Below are positions 13,701 through 28,700 of a DNA stretch of 58,172 nucleotides, piece by piece; position 1 is the first letter of the stretch; each line of letters begins with the position of its first letter. Source of the stretch: Barthelona sp. PAP020 (taxonomy: Eukaryota). Made by a program: the position numbers and the translations under genes. Location: the NCBI GenBank assembly GCA_040182905.1, contig JARQWU010000035.1:1-58172 (forward strand), read 5' to 3'. The notes beneath the pieces are model-generated. The model was given only the letters and a program-made list of their open reading frames with translations, was not told the DNA's origin and did no database searches.

Positions 13701-16700
13701 GCATAAAGTGTTATTTTCGATGAAAGAAAGATGATCATCAAGCATTTCCATAATAACAACTTCACAACCTTTCATTTTTCTCATCAAAACAATGCCACCA
13801 ATCCAATTCAATGATATATAATCAATTTCTGCTGTTCTTAAATCTAATAATCCATCAGAAACAAACACTTCATCACGCAAAGATAAATATCCATCCAAAA
13901 CAACATAAGATACATTTGAAGTAACTCTTAAGCTTCCTTCTCCTCTTAAATAACAAGTTTCTGAGCCATAAAATCCTCCAATCAATTCCAATTTACCGTT
14001 AGACATTACTTTAAATGTGGAATCATCACAAGTAACATTTCCTCCCAAATAAAGATGTCCATCGGAAGCTATGAAAACAAAAGATGTGTTTACTCTCCAT
14101 TTAATTGTGGGACTACCATATACAGTCATATTACCAATGAGATTTAATAAAGGTTTCTTTTCATAATCAACTATTGGAGTATCCATTGTGGTGTTTTCCA
14201 CAGTAATGTTAAATAGGGCATCTTTCAGGATATTTAGCGTGGTATTGGAAAAACCATTGATTTCACCATCCCTCCAATTGGCTTCTTCAAAAACATTAAC
14301 AGTAACATTCTCTTCAAAAACTTTTGTTTCAATGGAAGTCATGTTAAAGTTAAGAATGTCGTATATTCCTTTGTGAATAGAACCTCCTTTAAAAATAAAA
14401 TCATTAATGTTGATAATTCCTTCCACAGAAGACTTATCTTTCAAAGTCAACGAATCAATAATAATTTCTGTTGAATTTCCTTTCCCAAAATATAAGTGAC
14501 TGCCTTCTAAAACAGTTGTTTGTTTCGAAATTCTGTAATCAGCTTCATTTAAAACGTTAAGAGAAGAATTAAACATAGAAATATCGGTATTATAACCAAT
14601 AAAACCTGAATTTTGAGTGAATATGGAGTCTTTTAATGTCATTTCATTGATATTAACAGTTGAATCATAACTATCAAACAAACACTGACTTTTGGCATCA
14701 ATCAACAATTCATCAATAACACAATTATCGATATATATGTTAGTTCTATAACAATCATCAAAATAGAGGGTAGATATGGAAGAATTAATCAATCTTACAT
14801 AAGCTCCATTGTTTTTATTAGTTATATTGAAAATATTCACATTGGTATTTTCTAGTTGAATTTCTCCGGTAAGATAATCAGCCAGAAGATTATCAACTGA
14901 AGTATTTTTGAAGCTTAATAATCCATTAGAAATGAACGATCCTGATAATGACTCAATATTGGTATCATTAAAGAATAACGAACTGTCTTTATCTACTTTA
15001 ATGATAGCATTATTGATAACATCACCATTTACCAGTAAATCACTACCAGTTTGAATTAGAGTTCCATAATTTAATATTGAACCATCAAATGCAACAATAT
15101 TTGAAGAACAATAATTATTTGCATTGAAAATTAAGGTACCATTATTCAAAACATTACCAAATATCTTTGTACAAACATTTATTTCAGTATCAGCACTGTT
15201 ATCATTTATTATAAATGAATCATGTTTTGTCAACAGTAACGTGTTATTTCCAGTCACAGAATGTTCGGAAGTGAATGAAAGATTGGCCTTATCTTCAATT
15301 TCAATGTAAGAATCATCAATAATTAGATCACCACTGTTAAATACCATCGATTCATTAACATAAACTTCAACATTTTTGAAAATTTTGGAACCACTCTTAA
15401 ATTCAGTATTATTTACTTCGACAATAACATCGCTCATGAATAGTTTCTTTATAATCGAATTATTAACCAAAATAGTGCCAAAACCATTAATATTACCGGC
15501 AATTACCGAAAGGTCGTCAAAGATTACCTTGTCAGAGGTATCAAATACCGAAAAAATTCCATCACTTTCAATAACTCCTGTTTCAATAGAACAAATTTCA
15601 GAATTATTCAATATCATCTCACCATTTGAAGAAATAACTAATGAAGAAATCAATTGTTTGGATCGATTAGTAAACTTATAGGAACCATCCTTAACAATGT
15701 AATCACAATCAAATTCAGTTATAAACATCATTCTGTTAATTTCCCATTCAAATCCATTCAAATTGATTTGACTCTCACAAGCTACACTCACATTACCAAT
15801 ACCTTTGAAAGAAACATCTTCTTCCAAATTCATTACACCATCAACACCAAATTCAATAACACCGTCAATGAAAGAATAAGGAGGTTCAATTAACAATTCA
15901 CCATTTCCAATAAAAATAGTACCATTAAAATATTGAATCAAGTTTACTTCAATACTAGCTTTACTGTTGTCAGCACATGAATAATCTTTGCTAAAATTAC
16001 CATTATTTATCAAATACCCTTCATTTCCAATGAATGAACTGTCACCACATATGTGGAAAAGGCAATCTTGCATGTTATAAAAACTACTGTTCTTATACAG
16101 CGTAAGATCTCCACCAGATTCAATGGAACCTGATCCATAATTACAAAGTGTAACATTTTCACCCAAAACTTTTTGTTCAGCATTCGGCCCCATGATATCT
16201 AATGTGCTAAACACATTTGTAATACTTTCATCGTCAAAACCTCCATACTTTAATTTCAAAATTGTTAAATTCAATGTTCCAGGACCCTTTCTGAAAGAGT
16301 TACAATCCAATCCTAAGCCTTTGAATTTCTTTTCCCCAAAAAAGGTCAAATTAAGTCCACATAAATTGATATAAGCTTCTTCACAGAAACTAGTTGTTTC
16401 TGTGAATACAATTTCACCCTCACCAGTTAACAATGATTCTTCACCAGTGATACAATAAATTCCTTCAAAAACGAGGGTCACATCTTTTTCAACATTCATT
16501 TTTACATTATGTCCATAAATACTGCTATTTTGCAAAAAAATATAGTCTTCAGCAAATGTTAAAGTATTGTTAAACACCAATTTACCTGCTACTGCATCAA
16601 TACCACGTCCAAATATCAATAACTTTTGATTTCCCAAGAAAACACCATTATTCAATCGCATTCTCCAAAAAGTTTCCAAATATTCATCATTATCAACACC

Positions 16701-19700
16701 ATGTACATAACCTTCATTGATCCATAAAGGCATTCCAGTATAGTTGGTTAAAGTGTAGTCTTTATTGTTATATGTTCTTGTAATATTTTCATAGGTAGTT
16801 GATTCACTAACGTTGGCAGTTAACCAACGACATTTTTGTAGGAAAGCGAACTCACCAAAATTGATTAATCTTGAATTGGGGTCACCATAAAAACTAGATC
16901 TAAATTCAGTTCCAGCATAACCACTGTTATTGAAAACTGAATCTTCAAGTATTTTAATCTTTAAATCTGGTAAAATCTCCATCAATTCCGGATCCAATTC
17001 AACAATATTCTTAAATCTAGTAGAATTCAAAGATGTAGTGGTACCATTACCCATTAAACCACCTGATTGCCAAATTAATTCTTTAACAATAATTAAAGGA
17101 TCAACACCGCCTCTAAAACCACCAGAAATTTCCATATAGTTAACTTCAATAGGAGCTTTAGAATAAAACAAGGCGTATCCTCTCTTTAATTGTAATTTTT
17201 CAAAGCTTAACGGTGAACTCATTTCATAGAATGTAACGTTGGGTCCAGCAACGGTCATTTTAGAATTATTTGCAAATTGTGCTGAATTATAGATGTTTAA
17301 ATTACCATAATTTTGATCGGGATTAGCATTTTCCATTTCAATGGGAACATCAAAGAATAACCTTAGATCTGTGAAATCCATTAATCCATAGACTTCAATG
17401 ATACCATTGTATAAGAAATTAACGACTCCTTTCTTAACTGTCCATTCACTTGTGTTATACAAAATAAATTTTGCCCCAGCAACATAAGTAACAGCACTGG
17501 CAAATTCAAATACTTGGTGAGAAAATCCTCCATTTATTAAATGCAATTCAGAAGAAGATACAGTAAAATAATCATAATTTTCTAAAATCAATGAAATATA
17601 GGTGGATTCATTGACATATATTGTGCCATTATTAATTAAATGACTTGTACAATTTTCACAAACGTCCAAACTTAGTTTATGATGAAATTGTAAGATATGA
17701 TTGTTAATAATTCTTGAATTATTGTATGCAATAAATTGTACAACCTCAGTAATTGAAAAACCATCTCCAACAATTGCTGCAGGAAAATCAATCTTCTTTT
17801 CATTGATTAATGTAGCATTTTCACCTAAAATTGCCAAAGAAGAACGTTTAATTGAAGCTTCATTCAAAATAATGGTTGTGGAATCTTCACCTAAACCTCC
17901 ACCTTTCCAATCTAAATATTCAACAATATATACTTGATCTGTACCTCCTCTAATACCATTTCTTAATTCTAACCTGTCAATATATACAACTTTATCAGTA
18001 TAAAAATTAATGATTCCATTATGTTGACTGATGTAAAAGATGTAAACAATATGAGAAACCTCATAAAACTCAACCAATCCATAATCAATATCTATTGAAT
18101 CCATTTGAATCAATGTACAATTATCAAAGAAATGCAGATCACCACCTCTGACAAATAAAGTGGTGTTGCTGAAAAAAGTACTACCAAACCATACAGACCC
18201 AACGGTATTATTATAACCTTCATATACATACAATAAACCCCACATTTCAAAATTAGAACCATGATAGAAAAATATATCATCATTGGCCCATTTTACTTGA
18301 TAAGTCCTTTCTCCAACAAATACTTTCGCATTAGAGTTGGTAATATTGATATTTCCATAAAAGTGCCCACCTTCAAGAATTTTAAGGGTACCATAATTCA
18401 CATCTAATTTAGAATTCTTAGCAGATGAGAAACCAATTTTAAAAGTGACTGAACTGGCGGGATAATTGATTAATACTGTTCCATTGTTGATAAATGATGA
18501 TCTGCTCCCACCAACCCCATTGAATACCATACTTGATGTGATGTTGATTATTCCTTGATTGATATACTGAGATCCATTGTCCAAAACTAAAGGTCCTGAT
18601 GCTTCAAAAGAGGAAGTCTCAAAAGATACCAATCTTGAAAAATCGCTCACATATTTTGTTGAAGTTCCTGTAGCAACAATTCTACAATATGCATTCACTT
18701 CAAAATGATTGCTAAAATAGCCACCACTCCAAATTAGTGATTCATACACATTAATAATAGCATAAATATCAATATTCATCAATTCTTCGAATGGATTTAA
18801 TTCTTCTTCTTCTTCGCCATTTGATGAAGGAGTTGGCCTGCCAACCAAAGCTCCACTCTGCACAAATAATCTATTGTTTTCAATAACACTGCCATAAACA
18901 TACATATATCCACCAGAAATATATAAAGAATCAATAAAAGCATCTTCATACACAAAAACAGTTCCCATAATCGTATAATGATAAAATGGATCAAAACCAG
19001 GTGGAGGATGGTCGGGAGTGTCCTTATATCGACAAGAATATGTCTGAATTTGACGATTAACAAAAAAATTCTGAAGTATCCATTTTGCACCACTGTCCAT
19101 ATACCATGAAGATACTGTAGACTTACCCACTGTTGAACAATTAAAAAATGATTCATTTTTAAATCGAATTGCTGCTTCTTCAAAATGACAGTAATAACCT
19201 AAATCATACTTGCTTTTCCATGTTCTTGTTTGAATTAAAAAATGTTCGAAAATAATTTGCCCAGTAGTTTCATTATCTACATCAGTCATTGCCCCATAAA
19301 TAACATTTTCACCACCAGACAGTTTAAGGATTCCATCAGTGCCTGCAAATTGAAAATTACCATGTTCGCTTACTATTAAAGGACGCAATAATTCTACAAT
19401 ACCATAATTTAGTAACAAACCATTAACAATTAAGCTTGCATGAGGAACGTATAAGATACCTGTACTATTAATGGTAAAAGTGGAATTGGGTTGTAACCGT
19501 AAATGTATTCCTTGTTGTGGCAACAAACGATAGGCAACTTCTTGTGCAATATATCCGTTTCCTTCATTTGCTTCATTAGAATATTGATAGGTAACCACAC
19601 AACTTAAGTGTCTGGGTAATTTTGCCAACAAAGGTTCATAAACAATAGCCTCAGCACTGCATAACCAAGAATCTGTGCCACAGCCAAGCTTATATTGACC

Positions 19701-22700
19701 ATAATTATCAATATAATATGCAGGATATCCAATTATCGGATTACTGAATCTTAAGATTCCTCTAATTCCAGCTTGAAAGGTAAGATTTCCTACCAACGAG
19801 GAATTTTGTCCATAATAATAAATGTAATTTTCACCACTGCAAGAAGTTAATGTTGTTCTGGCATTGATATGCAAACCATCATAAACATACATTTTATGAT
19901 TCTGTCCTAACCATTTTCTGGCAGAACCAGTGATTTCCATATTTTTAGTGACTCTAGTCTTAGCATTCTGAATAAATCCTCCACCAGTCCACAATAATTC
20001 TTCAACTTCCAATGTATCACCACCAACTCTCCAACCGTCATGAATTTCTAAGCGTTTTAACTTTACAACACAACCATTGACATCAATATTACACCCAGAG
20101 TCAAAAACAACGTAACCAGTATTGATGATCACTTGCTCATACTCAGCAAATTCAGTAACCTCACTAAAAGAGGTGATACCACCATTAATCTCCAAAACTT
20201 TCAATTCCATTTTGTTTTCAAATTTATTGAAATGAATTCTACCACTACCACTTGTGGTTGACTTGTCCAATTCCCATGATCCATCTTCATCTGTCAAAGA
20301 TTGAACATTATTTAATGAAACATACCCAGCTGATACATACATGGTCTTAATATTCACTCTTGCTGGTTCCGTAATGATGAATTTGGCATCAACTGTTTGT
20401 TCAAAATGCTCGGATATATTCCAAATTCCTTTGAAAGTAACAGTTGTTCCAGCACTGTAAGTTAGGTAACCACTACTTCCAATTAATTGAGAATCATTGT
20501 CAAATAAATAATTAGATGATTTCAAGATAATTTCAGAAACATTTTCAAATTCAAATCTCCCGTTTATGGTTGAAACACTGATAGCAAGAGTGTTTTGATC
20601 ACTTATATAAGTATTTGCCTCTTTCTTAAATTCACTGATGCAAAATAATTCCCATGAACAATCAATTTCTGTTGTTGAATTAAAAACTGTACTTCCACTG
20701 CCATAAAATTGTTGGTTCTCCAAAACCGTTGTATTACCTTCAAAATAGATAGTAGAACCAATGTCAATATTAACTTTACCCGTTTCATTGATCAATAAAT
20801 TATTGACAGAATGAATAACAGCCAAATCATCCAATACTTTCAAATTTGAACCATCTATTACCATATCTGATGCTTCCATAGTACATTCAACAATAGTACC
20901 ACCATTCCAATTCATATAATCCAAGTAAATATAATCTTTTCCTTCCAACAATTGAGCATTAAGGAATAATTCTGTCATATGAACAGATATTCCCGTATTA
21001 ACTTCAACTATTGCCTGACTATGATTGATTGAAAGATATGGCATCTCCAAATTGGTTTTCCACATATTTTCATCAGTAAGATCAGTATCTTTAAATCTAA
21101 ATCTTCCACCATTTGTCAAATCAATAGGAATCAACGTTATTTCACTTCGATACAAATCTCTAAACTCAAATTCACAATAATCACTAATTTCCCACATATC
21201 AAATAAAATATCAAAGCCCGAATTAACAATAGCAAATAAACCTTGGTAATAACACTTTGGTTCCACATGCATGATAGTTCTAGAATCCAAATACGCAGGA
21301 TCATTCAATACAACACAACCTTTCGATTGTATTTCAATAGTATTCAATCTTTGTAATGAAAGAGGTTCAAATAACACATAACCTCCACTATTTGAATATA
21401 TAACAGGAGGTTCAAATTGTCCATATATATACATACCATTTGTACCAGGAATTGAATCAAAAGTACCTAAACATCCATGGTTTTGAACAGTAACATTTAA
21501 AGATTGTGGTGTAATGATTGAATTCTCCATAAAAACGTATTTTCCTGCATAAATAAACATTTCAACATTTTCATTGAAGATAACATACTTTTCAAAAATA
21601 CCACTACCAAATTTAAAACTCATAGAACCTTGAGAAACATTAAAATGTTCAATAGCATGAATATACCATTCCCAAACAAAACCATTCAAAATGTCTACAT
21701 CTACATGAGAAATAACTTGAGTATAACTTGAAGAAGCACTCTTTAAATAAGGAACTTCGCCTGAAAACTTAATTTGACTTCGTTTTGTAACAATCCAATA
21801 ACCTCTATCACCAGTAATGATTGAACTTTCAGGAATCAGAATGGCCAAAGCGTCCAACAATTTAGCATTAATCCATGAATGTACTTTAACATCAATCACC
21901 AAAAAGTTATCTGTTACATTTAAAGAAATGTCTTGAATAGTACCACCAAACCAATGAACGAATTCTGAAACATATACCAAATCATTTCCTTTCAATGTGG
22001 AACTGTCAAAAACTTTGATATAATCAACATAAACTGGTTGATTTGTATCAAATCTCATAGTACCATTACACAGATTCAAAAAACCAAAGTGTTGGCTATA
22101 TGGAAAATTCTCAAAGTTCATTGTACCAAAATCTGCATGTAAATCATATCCAATGGTAATATTTTGTAATATTTGAATGAAATTAAAAACACCTTTATTA
22201 GAAGGTTGAGAATATAATCCAAACACTAAATCTCGTATTTTTTCAAAAGTACTAACACCATCATTGATCATATTATCAAAAGTAACATAATCGATGGTAT
22301 TGAATAAGATTGTACTTTGACTATTAGTGATATTATTTAAAATTGAATCAGTAGTTCTCCAATTTTCCATATTTCCACCATTTAAAACATTTAAGATTGA
22401 AATAAATACCTTTTCAACGGTATCAATGAAACAATTAATATCTCCAGAAATATACAAAGAATTGATATTCACTTCCTTTTCTATATTTTTAATTGTCAAA
22501 TGGCTGGAAGAAATCGAGCCTTTGATATTCTTTATTGAAGGAATATTAACATATTCAACAGTGTTAATTTCCATTCTTCCTCTATTTTCCAAAGTGTCTG
22601 AAGTAATATTAGTACCAATATTTTTTATGATAACAGTGTGAGTATTAACAATAGAATCAATCATTACACCAAGATCTACAACATTTATGTAAAAACCTTT

Positions 22701-25700
22701 AGAAGTAGTTATTCCATCAACATAAAAATCAAAAAGATTGGTAAAATAGAAATTTCCAGCATTGTTGATAGTTTTACCAAACACATAATCAAAATTCGAA
22801 ACTGTAAATTCACAATTAGTGCCTGCAATTAAAGAATCAAATGTGAAATTCTTAAAATTATCTAAAATTGTTTTTGATGAAGAGCCTGTGGTAAAACTTT
22901 CAACAGTGATGTTATATGGGATATTCAATAACTTAAAAACACCATTGTTTATTATAATATCCATAACAAAATAAGTATCATAATCATTTAAAATAAAAGT
23001 ACCAGAATTAACAATATTTGTTGCTGGTAATTTCTTTTTTATCCGATATAATTGCATGTTTCCTGAATTTTCAATAAAAGGATTAACTATCGTTCCATCA
23101 ACATCATAAACATGGAAAATACCTTTATTTACCAATTTATTTTGATTAAAATAAACATTTAATGGTACAGTATAAATGTAAACTGCACCAGTTGAAGAAA
23201 ATTCTTCAAATATTATTGAAGAATTTGAATTTCTCAATATTAACACTCCACTGATACTTGAATAACTATCAACTTTGAAAGTACCATTTAAAAAAGTGAT
23301 ATCTGTTGTATGAGCTGTACCATCATCTAATGCCATGGTATCAACCAAAAAGTTGGAGTTTGTCAATTGCATGATTATACTACCTGCTGAACTAGTTTCC
23401 AATTGAGCAATATTAATAGTATGGTTATAATTCCAATGTATATGTCCAGCTCTGGCAAAAAATTTGCTAAAAGTATCTTGTGAATTGAGTTGAATATTAT
23501 CCTTAACATAAAGATGTCCTCCACTACGAATATCAACAATATTTACATCAATATCTTTGGTATATATGTAATGTGAACCAGTAGTGTAATGATATAAAGA
23601 AGTAGAAACAAATTTTCCATAAGTATAAACGTAATTATTAGAATAACTGAAAAGTAACCAATTTGTCCCATAAACTTCAAGAATTGAATTAGCTTTATTA
23701 ATTAAACAATCAATACAATGACCAGATCCTCTTAATTTACCAGTATTTTCAACCAGTAAATGTCCTTCATTTATCATTTTAGTATATCTTAAATCCAAAG
23801 TAGATTTAGCTTTAATAATAGTAGTATTGTATGAAAACACTGTTGAACCATAATAATTCATTAAAGATGATTGTGTATTACCTGTGACAACAAAATCTTT
23901 GTAATTGATCAAAATTAATTTAACATTTTCGGATTCAGCATTGTTGTTAAAAGTTGCAGAAATCATTTGCAAATAATTATGATTTATTATTTGCAAAGTT
24001 CCAGTTGTTAAGTAAATTGTACCTTGAATATAAGCCTGATTTAACAAATTTATAATACCACCTCTTCTGAAATAAAGATGTGCAGCAGTATTATAAACAA
24101 TATTAAATGTAGTAACATTCAACAGATCTAAATAAATAGAAGATCCTTCAAAATGAACATAATTTGCCACAATATCTGTGGCAGAATATGAACTTCTGAT
24201 GACCTTCAATTGATTTTGATGATAATTTATTTCAGTATTTAAAGATACTGCACCTAATGAAACAACAGTTTCAACCGAATTATTGAATACTTTCACATTC
24301 TTCAGGATAAAAGTACCTCTAACAATCAAACGATCAATTTCAAGTATTTGTTTGTTGTTGACACCATCAATTTGTACTAATTTATCATCTTCAACAGTAA
24401 CTAAAGATAATTTAAGAAAAGCTGTAGGATATGCATAGAAATCACGTAAATGTTGATAAAAATTATCCACTGAATAATTTCCATAAATGTAAACATGTGT
24501 TCCAAATGATATTTTTCCAGGATTTTCACAAATGAGTCTTCCTCCTTCATGCAATCTCAAATAATCAGATTCAGATTCCTGGCCAAAATATACATCAGAT
24601 TCAATAATTAAAGTACCATAAATCTCAATGATTCTATTAATCTGATAAGTACTCTTAATTGTAACAATAGCATTTTCTCGAACAATAAATTTTTGAAATT
24701 CTAAGATAAGACGATTAGCATCTCCCATTGTATGAAAGAGAGAAGAATTACCATGAAAATCAAAACTACCATACCAAAAATATGTCAGTTGAGAAGATGG
24801 AATACCTAAGGAACCTGCACTGACAGTACTTGTACGGGTATTGACGATCATTTTAGCTGTTTCTTCAACAATAATACTTCCACCATTTAAAATATTATTT
24901 TGATCCCAAATACCAGTATTTCTAATGACTAATTCTCTCTCTTTTTGGATACATTTATTGTTATCAGAAGTAAAAGTTATGTTATCAAAAAACAATTTTC
25001 CAGTACCCTGAATTAATCCACTACGAAAAGTAAAAGTAGAAAATAGCATTGCAGCATCTGCATACCTCCATTGACCGTTTGCAAAAGCTAAATGTTCAAT
25101 GTAGAAATAATTACCAGATCCTCTTATTGTATCAAACTTACCATTTTCATAATCGTTATCAAATAAATATGCCAAATTAAAATAGTAATTAGTGCTAAAA
25201 GCAATATACATATTTAAAGCACTAAAATGGGTATTATCTTGAATTAATATGTCATAACCATTGTTGATGAATTGATAAATGTAAAAATAAGTATTTTCTA
25301 CTATTTGTGCGGGTACATTTTCACCAGTAAAATATGTAATATTGATATAATTGTTGTAATAAACACGTAACCTTTGTCTATATAAAGCTTCAGTATTATC
25401 AATGTCCATACGTCGATTATTTGGTGAAAAGAATAATTCATTACAATTCAGTTGAATATTAGAAATATTTAAATTTGAATAATAAATGTCAATAATCTTA
25501 TCAGCTTTAATTAAATCGAGTTCATGATGCATTTTTTTAATATATAATGTAGAACTTTCAATATCAATGATATTAAATTCATAAACACTTAATTGATTAG
25601 TATTTTTGATAAATAAAGCTCGATTCATCTTTAAATAACCATCCTTAACACTAAATAATTTTATATCAGTGGTATTTATATAAGTAGCAGTTAATTCTTT

Positions 25701-28700
25701 GGTAGAATCCATTATTATTTCTGAAGTATTTAAAACAAAAATATTATTGTTTCCTTCTAATCCACTAACATTCAATCTATAAAAATCTTTCATCGTTAAA
25801 TGTGAACCACTAATTTGAGTAAGATTTTCAACAATAAATTCAAAATAACAATCTTTAAAATATAAATCACTATTTATACTTATCAAATTATCTAGTTTCC
25901 AAAAAAACTTCTTTGTTATATCTTCCACTTTTCCACATAAATTAAAATTAGCATTATTTAAATAAATATCATCAATATTAGTCTTAAAAGTATGTCCAAC
26001 ACTAAATGAACCATCTTTAATTATCAATTTTCTTGTACTCAAATTAACTTTTCCTCTAAAAATTACATAACCTCCAACAATCTCAAATTCATTTCCATTA
26101 AAATGATAATATTCTTTAAAATTAACAATACCTCTCTTTACAATATGATTAAAATTTGGTAAATACCATTCATTATTCAAATTAAAAGTTTTCATGACAC
26201 CAAAAGTAATTGAACCATTTATTGTTGCATCCAATGCTTCTAATGTTCCATTAAAATCCCAAGATCCCGATAAAATCTCAAATATATATCCATCTTTCTG
26301 AATTTCATAATTCACTTCATTACCTACAATAATAAATAAGTCATCAACAATATTACGATCTGAATAACTCATCAAAGTATCCAATGTGTGAACTAAAACC
26401 TTAATATTCGAAGGTATATCAACAAACGAATTTCTTACTTCATGATAATAATAAGGTGACAAAAATGAGAAATTACCCAAAATATGAACATCATTATTGA
26501 ATAATAAATGTCCATTATATATCATTTCGATCTTACTATTGGGTAAAATGATTGTAGGTGAATTTAAGGTTAACAATTTATCAATTATTTTCACAGAATA
26601 AGTTTCATTTGTTATTGGATTTGTTTCATTTCCAACAAAATATGTAAAGGCATTGGAAACAACAAAAATGTTTGCATCAATAGTACCACCAGCGAAAATG
26701 GCACGCTTTTTGACAAATATTTGATCACTGCTTTTAAGACTCGAATTCCTACCAATATACAAATAATCAACATTAATATCAAAACCAGTATTGATTTCTA
26801 ATGATGCTCCAATAATATAAATAATAGAAAACTCTAAAGGCTCATCTTGTGGTCCAAAAGTTACATCACCACCTTCTAATATCATTCCATTGATAATTGG
26901 TGGAATTCTAAAATTTTCAGTCACAAATTTACCACCTAAAACACGTAAATATTTAATTATTAATTGTTTCGTAAAATCTTTCATTATTATTTCACCTCCA
27001 TCAATTGCAACTTCTTCAATAACCCATTCATCTAATGTTTCAGGTATAGAATGAAAAATGATCATTCCTCCTTCGACAGACACATGAGTAAAATTGAAAA
27101 TACATCCAGGCAAAAATTGGAAAATACCAGATTCAACATGTATTTTTGTCGAAATATTCCAAATTCCTCCAAATCTTACATGACCTCCTTGAGACGCTGT
27201 AAAATCAGAACCTTCACCTTTCAAAACCACATTAGGTAAAACAATAATTGGACCTTGAGCATCAATAGTTGAAGGCTCCTCACCAAGTGAAACATCGGCA
27301 AGAATAATATCAGATGAAAACAATAATCCACCTTTGGAAACAAAAGTAGAACCAGATTGTACGATTAAACTTCCACCTAACAACAATTGATTGTCCAATC
27401 GAATTGTATTATTAATGGTTAAGTCTCCATGACAAATTATTTGAGGCCAACCTGAAGGATAAGAAAATGAAAGATTAATATCCAAATTTGTTAAAACGTC
27501 TGAAGGAAAAACAACCAATTGAGTTGATTCAACAATAAATTGAACAGGAGCATTAATAATTAAATTATCGAAAATGTTTTCCCCAAAATCAAAAACAGAA
27601 TTGGTATTACTGTAAACCAACGTTTCATTTTCAAAAAATGTAAAATTATAAGGATATATAATTTTTGCTGAATTAAAAAAGTAATGTTTTCCAGTAATTA
27701 TTTTCAAATCTTTTGTTTTCATATTAATTACAGCAAAATTTTCCAAAATCCCTTCAAACCAATGAAATTTATTATATATGTTCATATCAAATGGTCCAAT
27801 CAATCTACCATTCTCTATTAACATTGAATCAATTTCAATATCAACATTTTTAAGGGTTAAAATTGCATTTTCATTGATATATATCGTTGAAACATTCAAA
27901 ACATTTGTTGTTTCCAATAATAATTGAGAATTTTCCAAATTTATTTTGGTAATATTCCAAGTAGAATTTATTGATTGACAATTTTGAAAATTTAACACAG
28001 AATCAAATTCTGAATCTTTCTTTCCCAAAAAAATTGAATTTATGCTAACAATAGCATTTGTAAAATAATATTTTACTTCAGAATCATTAAAATTTGTAAT
28101 TAAATCAAATCTACCTTGAATATAAATAACAATATCATTGATTTTGGTATAAAAACTGGCAGATTCAGCTTCTTTATTTTTTAAAATTTGAGAATTTTCA
28201 GTAAATGTATAAGATAATTCAGTATTATTGAAATAAAAATTGGTATCATTATAAATACGCTCTTTTCCAACATAAATACCTTTACAATCTTTTGTACAAT
28301 TATATATACCTTCAAAAATGGTTGTATAACCCAAATATATATAATTTGTTATGACATCAAAATGACTGTTCTGACCAATATAAATATTCTTACATTCCAT
28401 ATTCAAAAAACCTTGATTTTTCAAATAAATGTTTCCTGATATATTTACACCTAAACAAATACCTTCTAAAGTGAAATTTTGACTAATAATGATATTTGAA
28501 GATTCAAGAAAATTTAACCTTGTATTTTGGGCAAAATTAAAAACAATATCTTCAGTAATGTTAAATTGATTCAAAATGTTCAATACAATATCATCAATAT
28601 AAATAATTTTGACATCATCAAATAATTTCAAATTTTCAATTGAAAAATTAGAAGAAAAACCATTGAAATAAATACCTCCATAATGAAATTCATTGATTTT

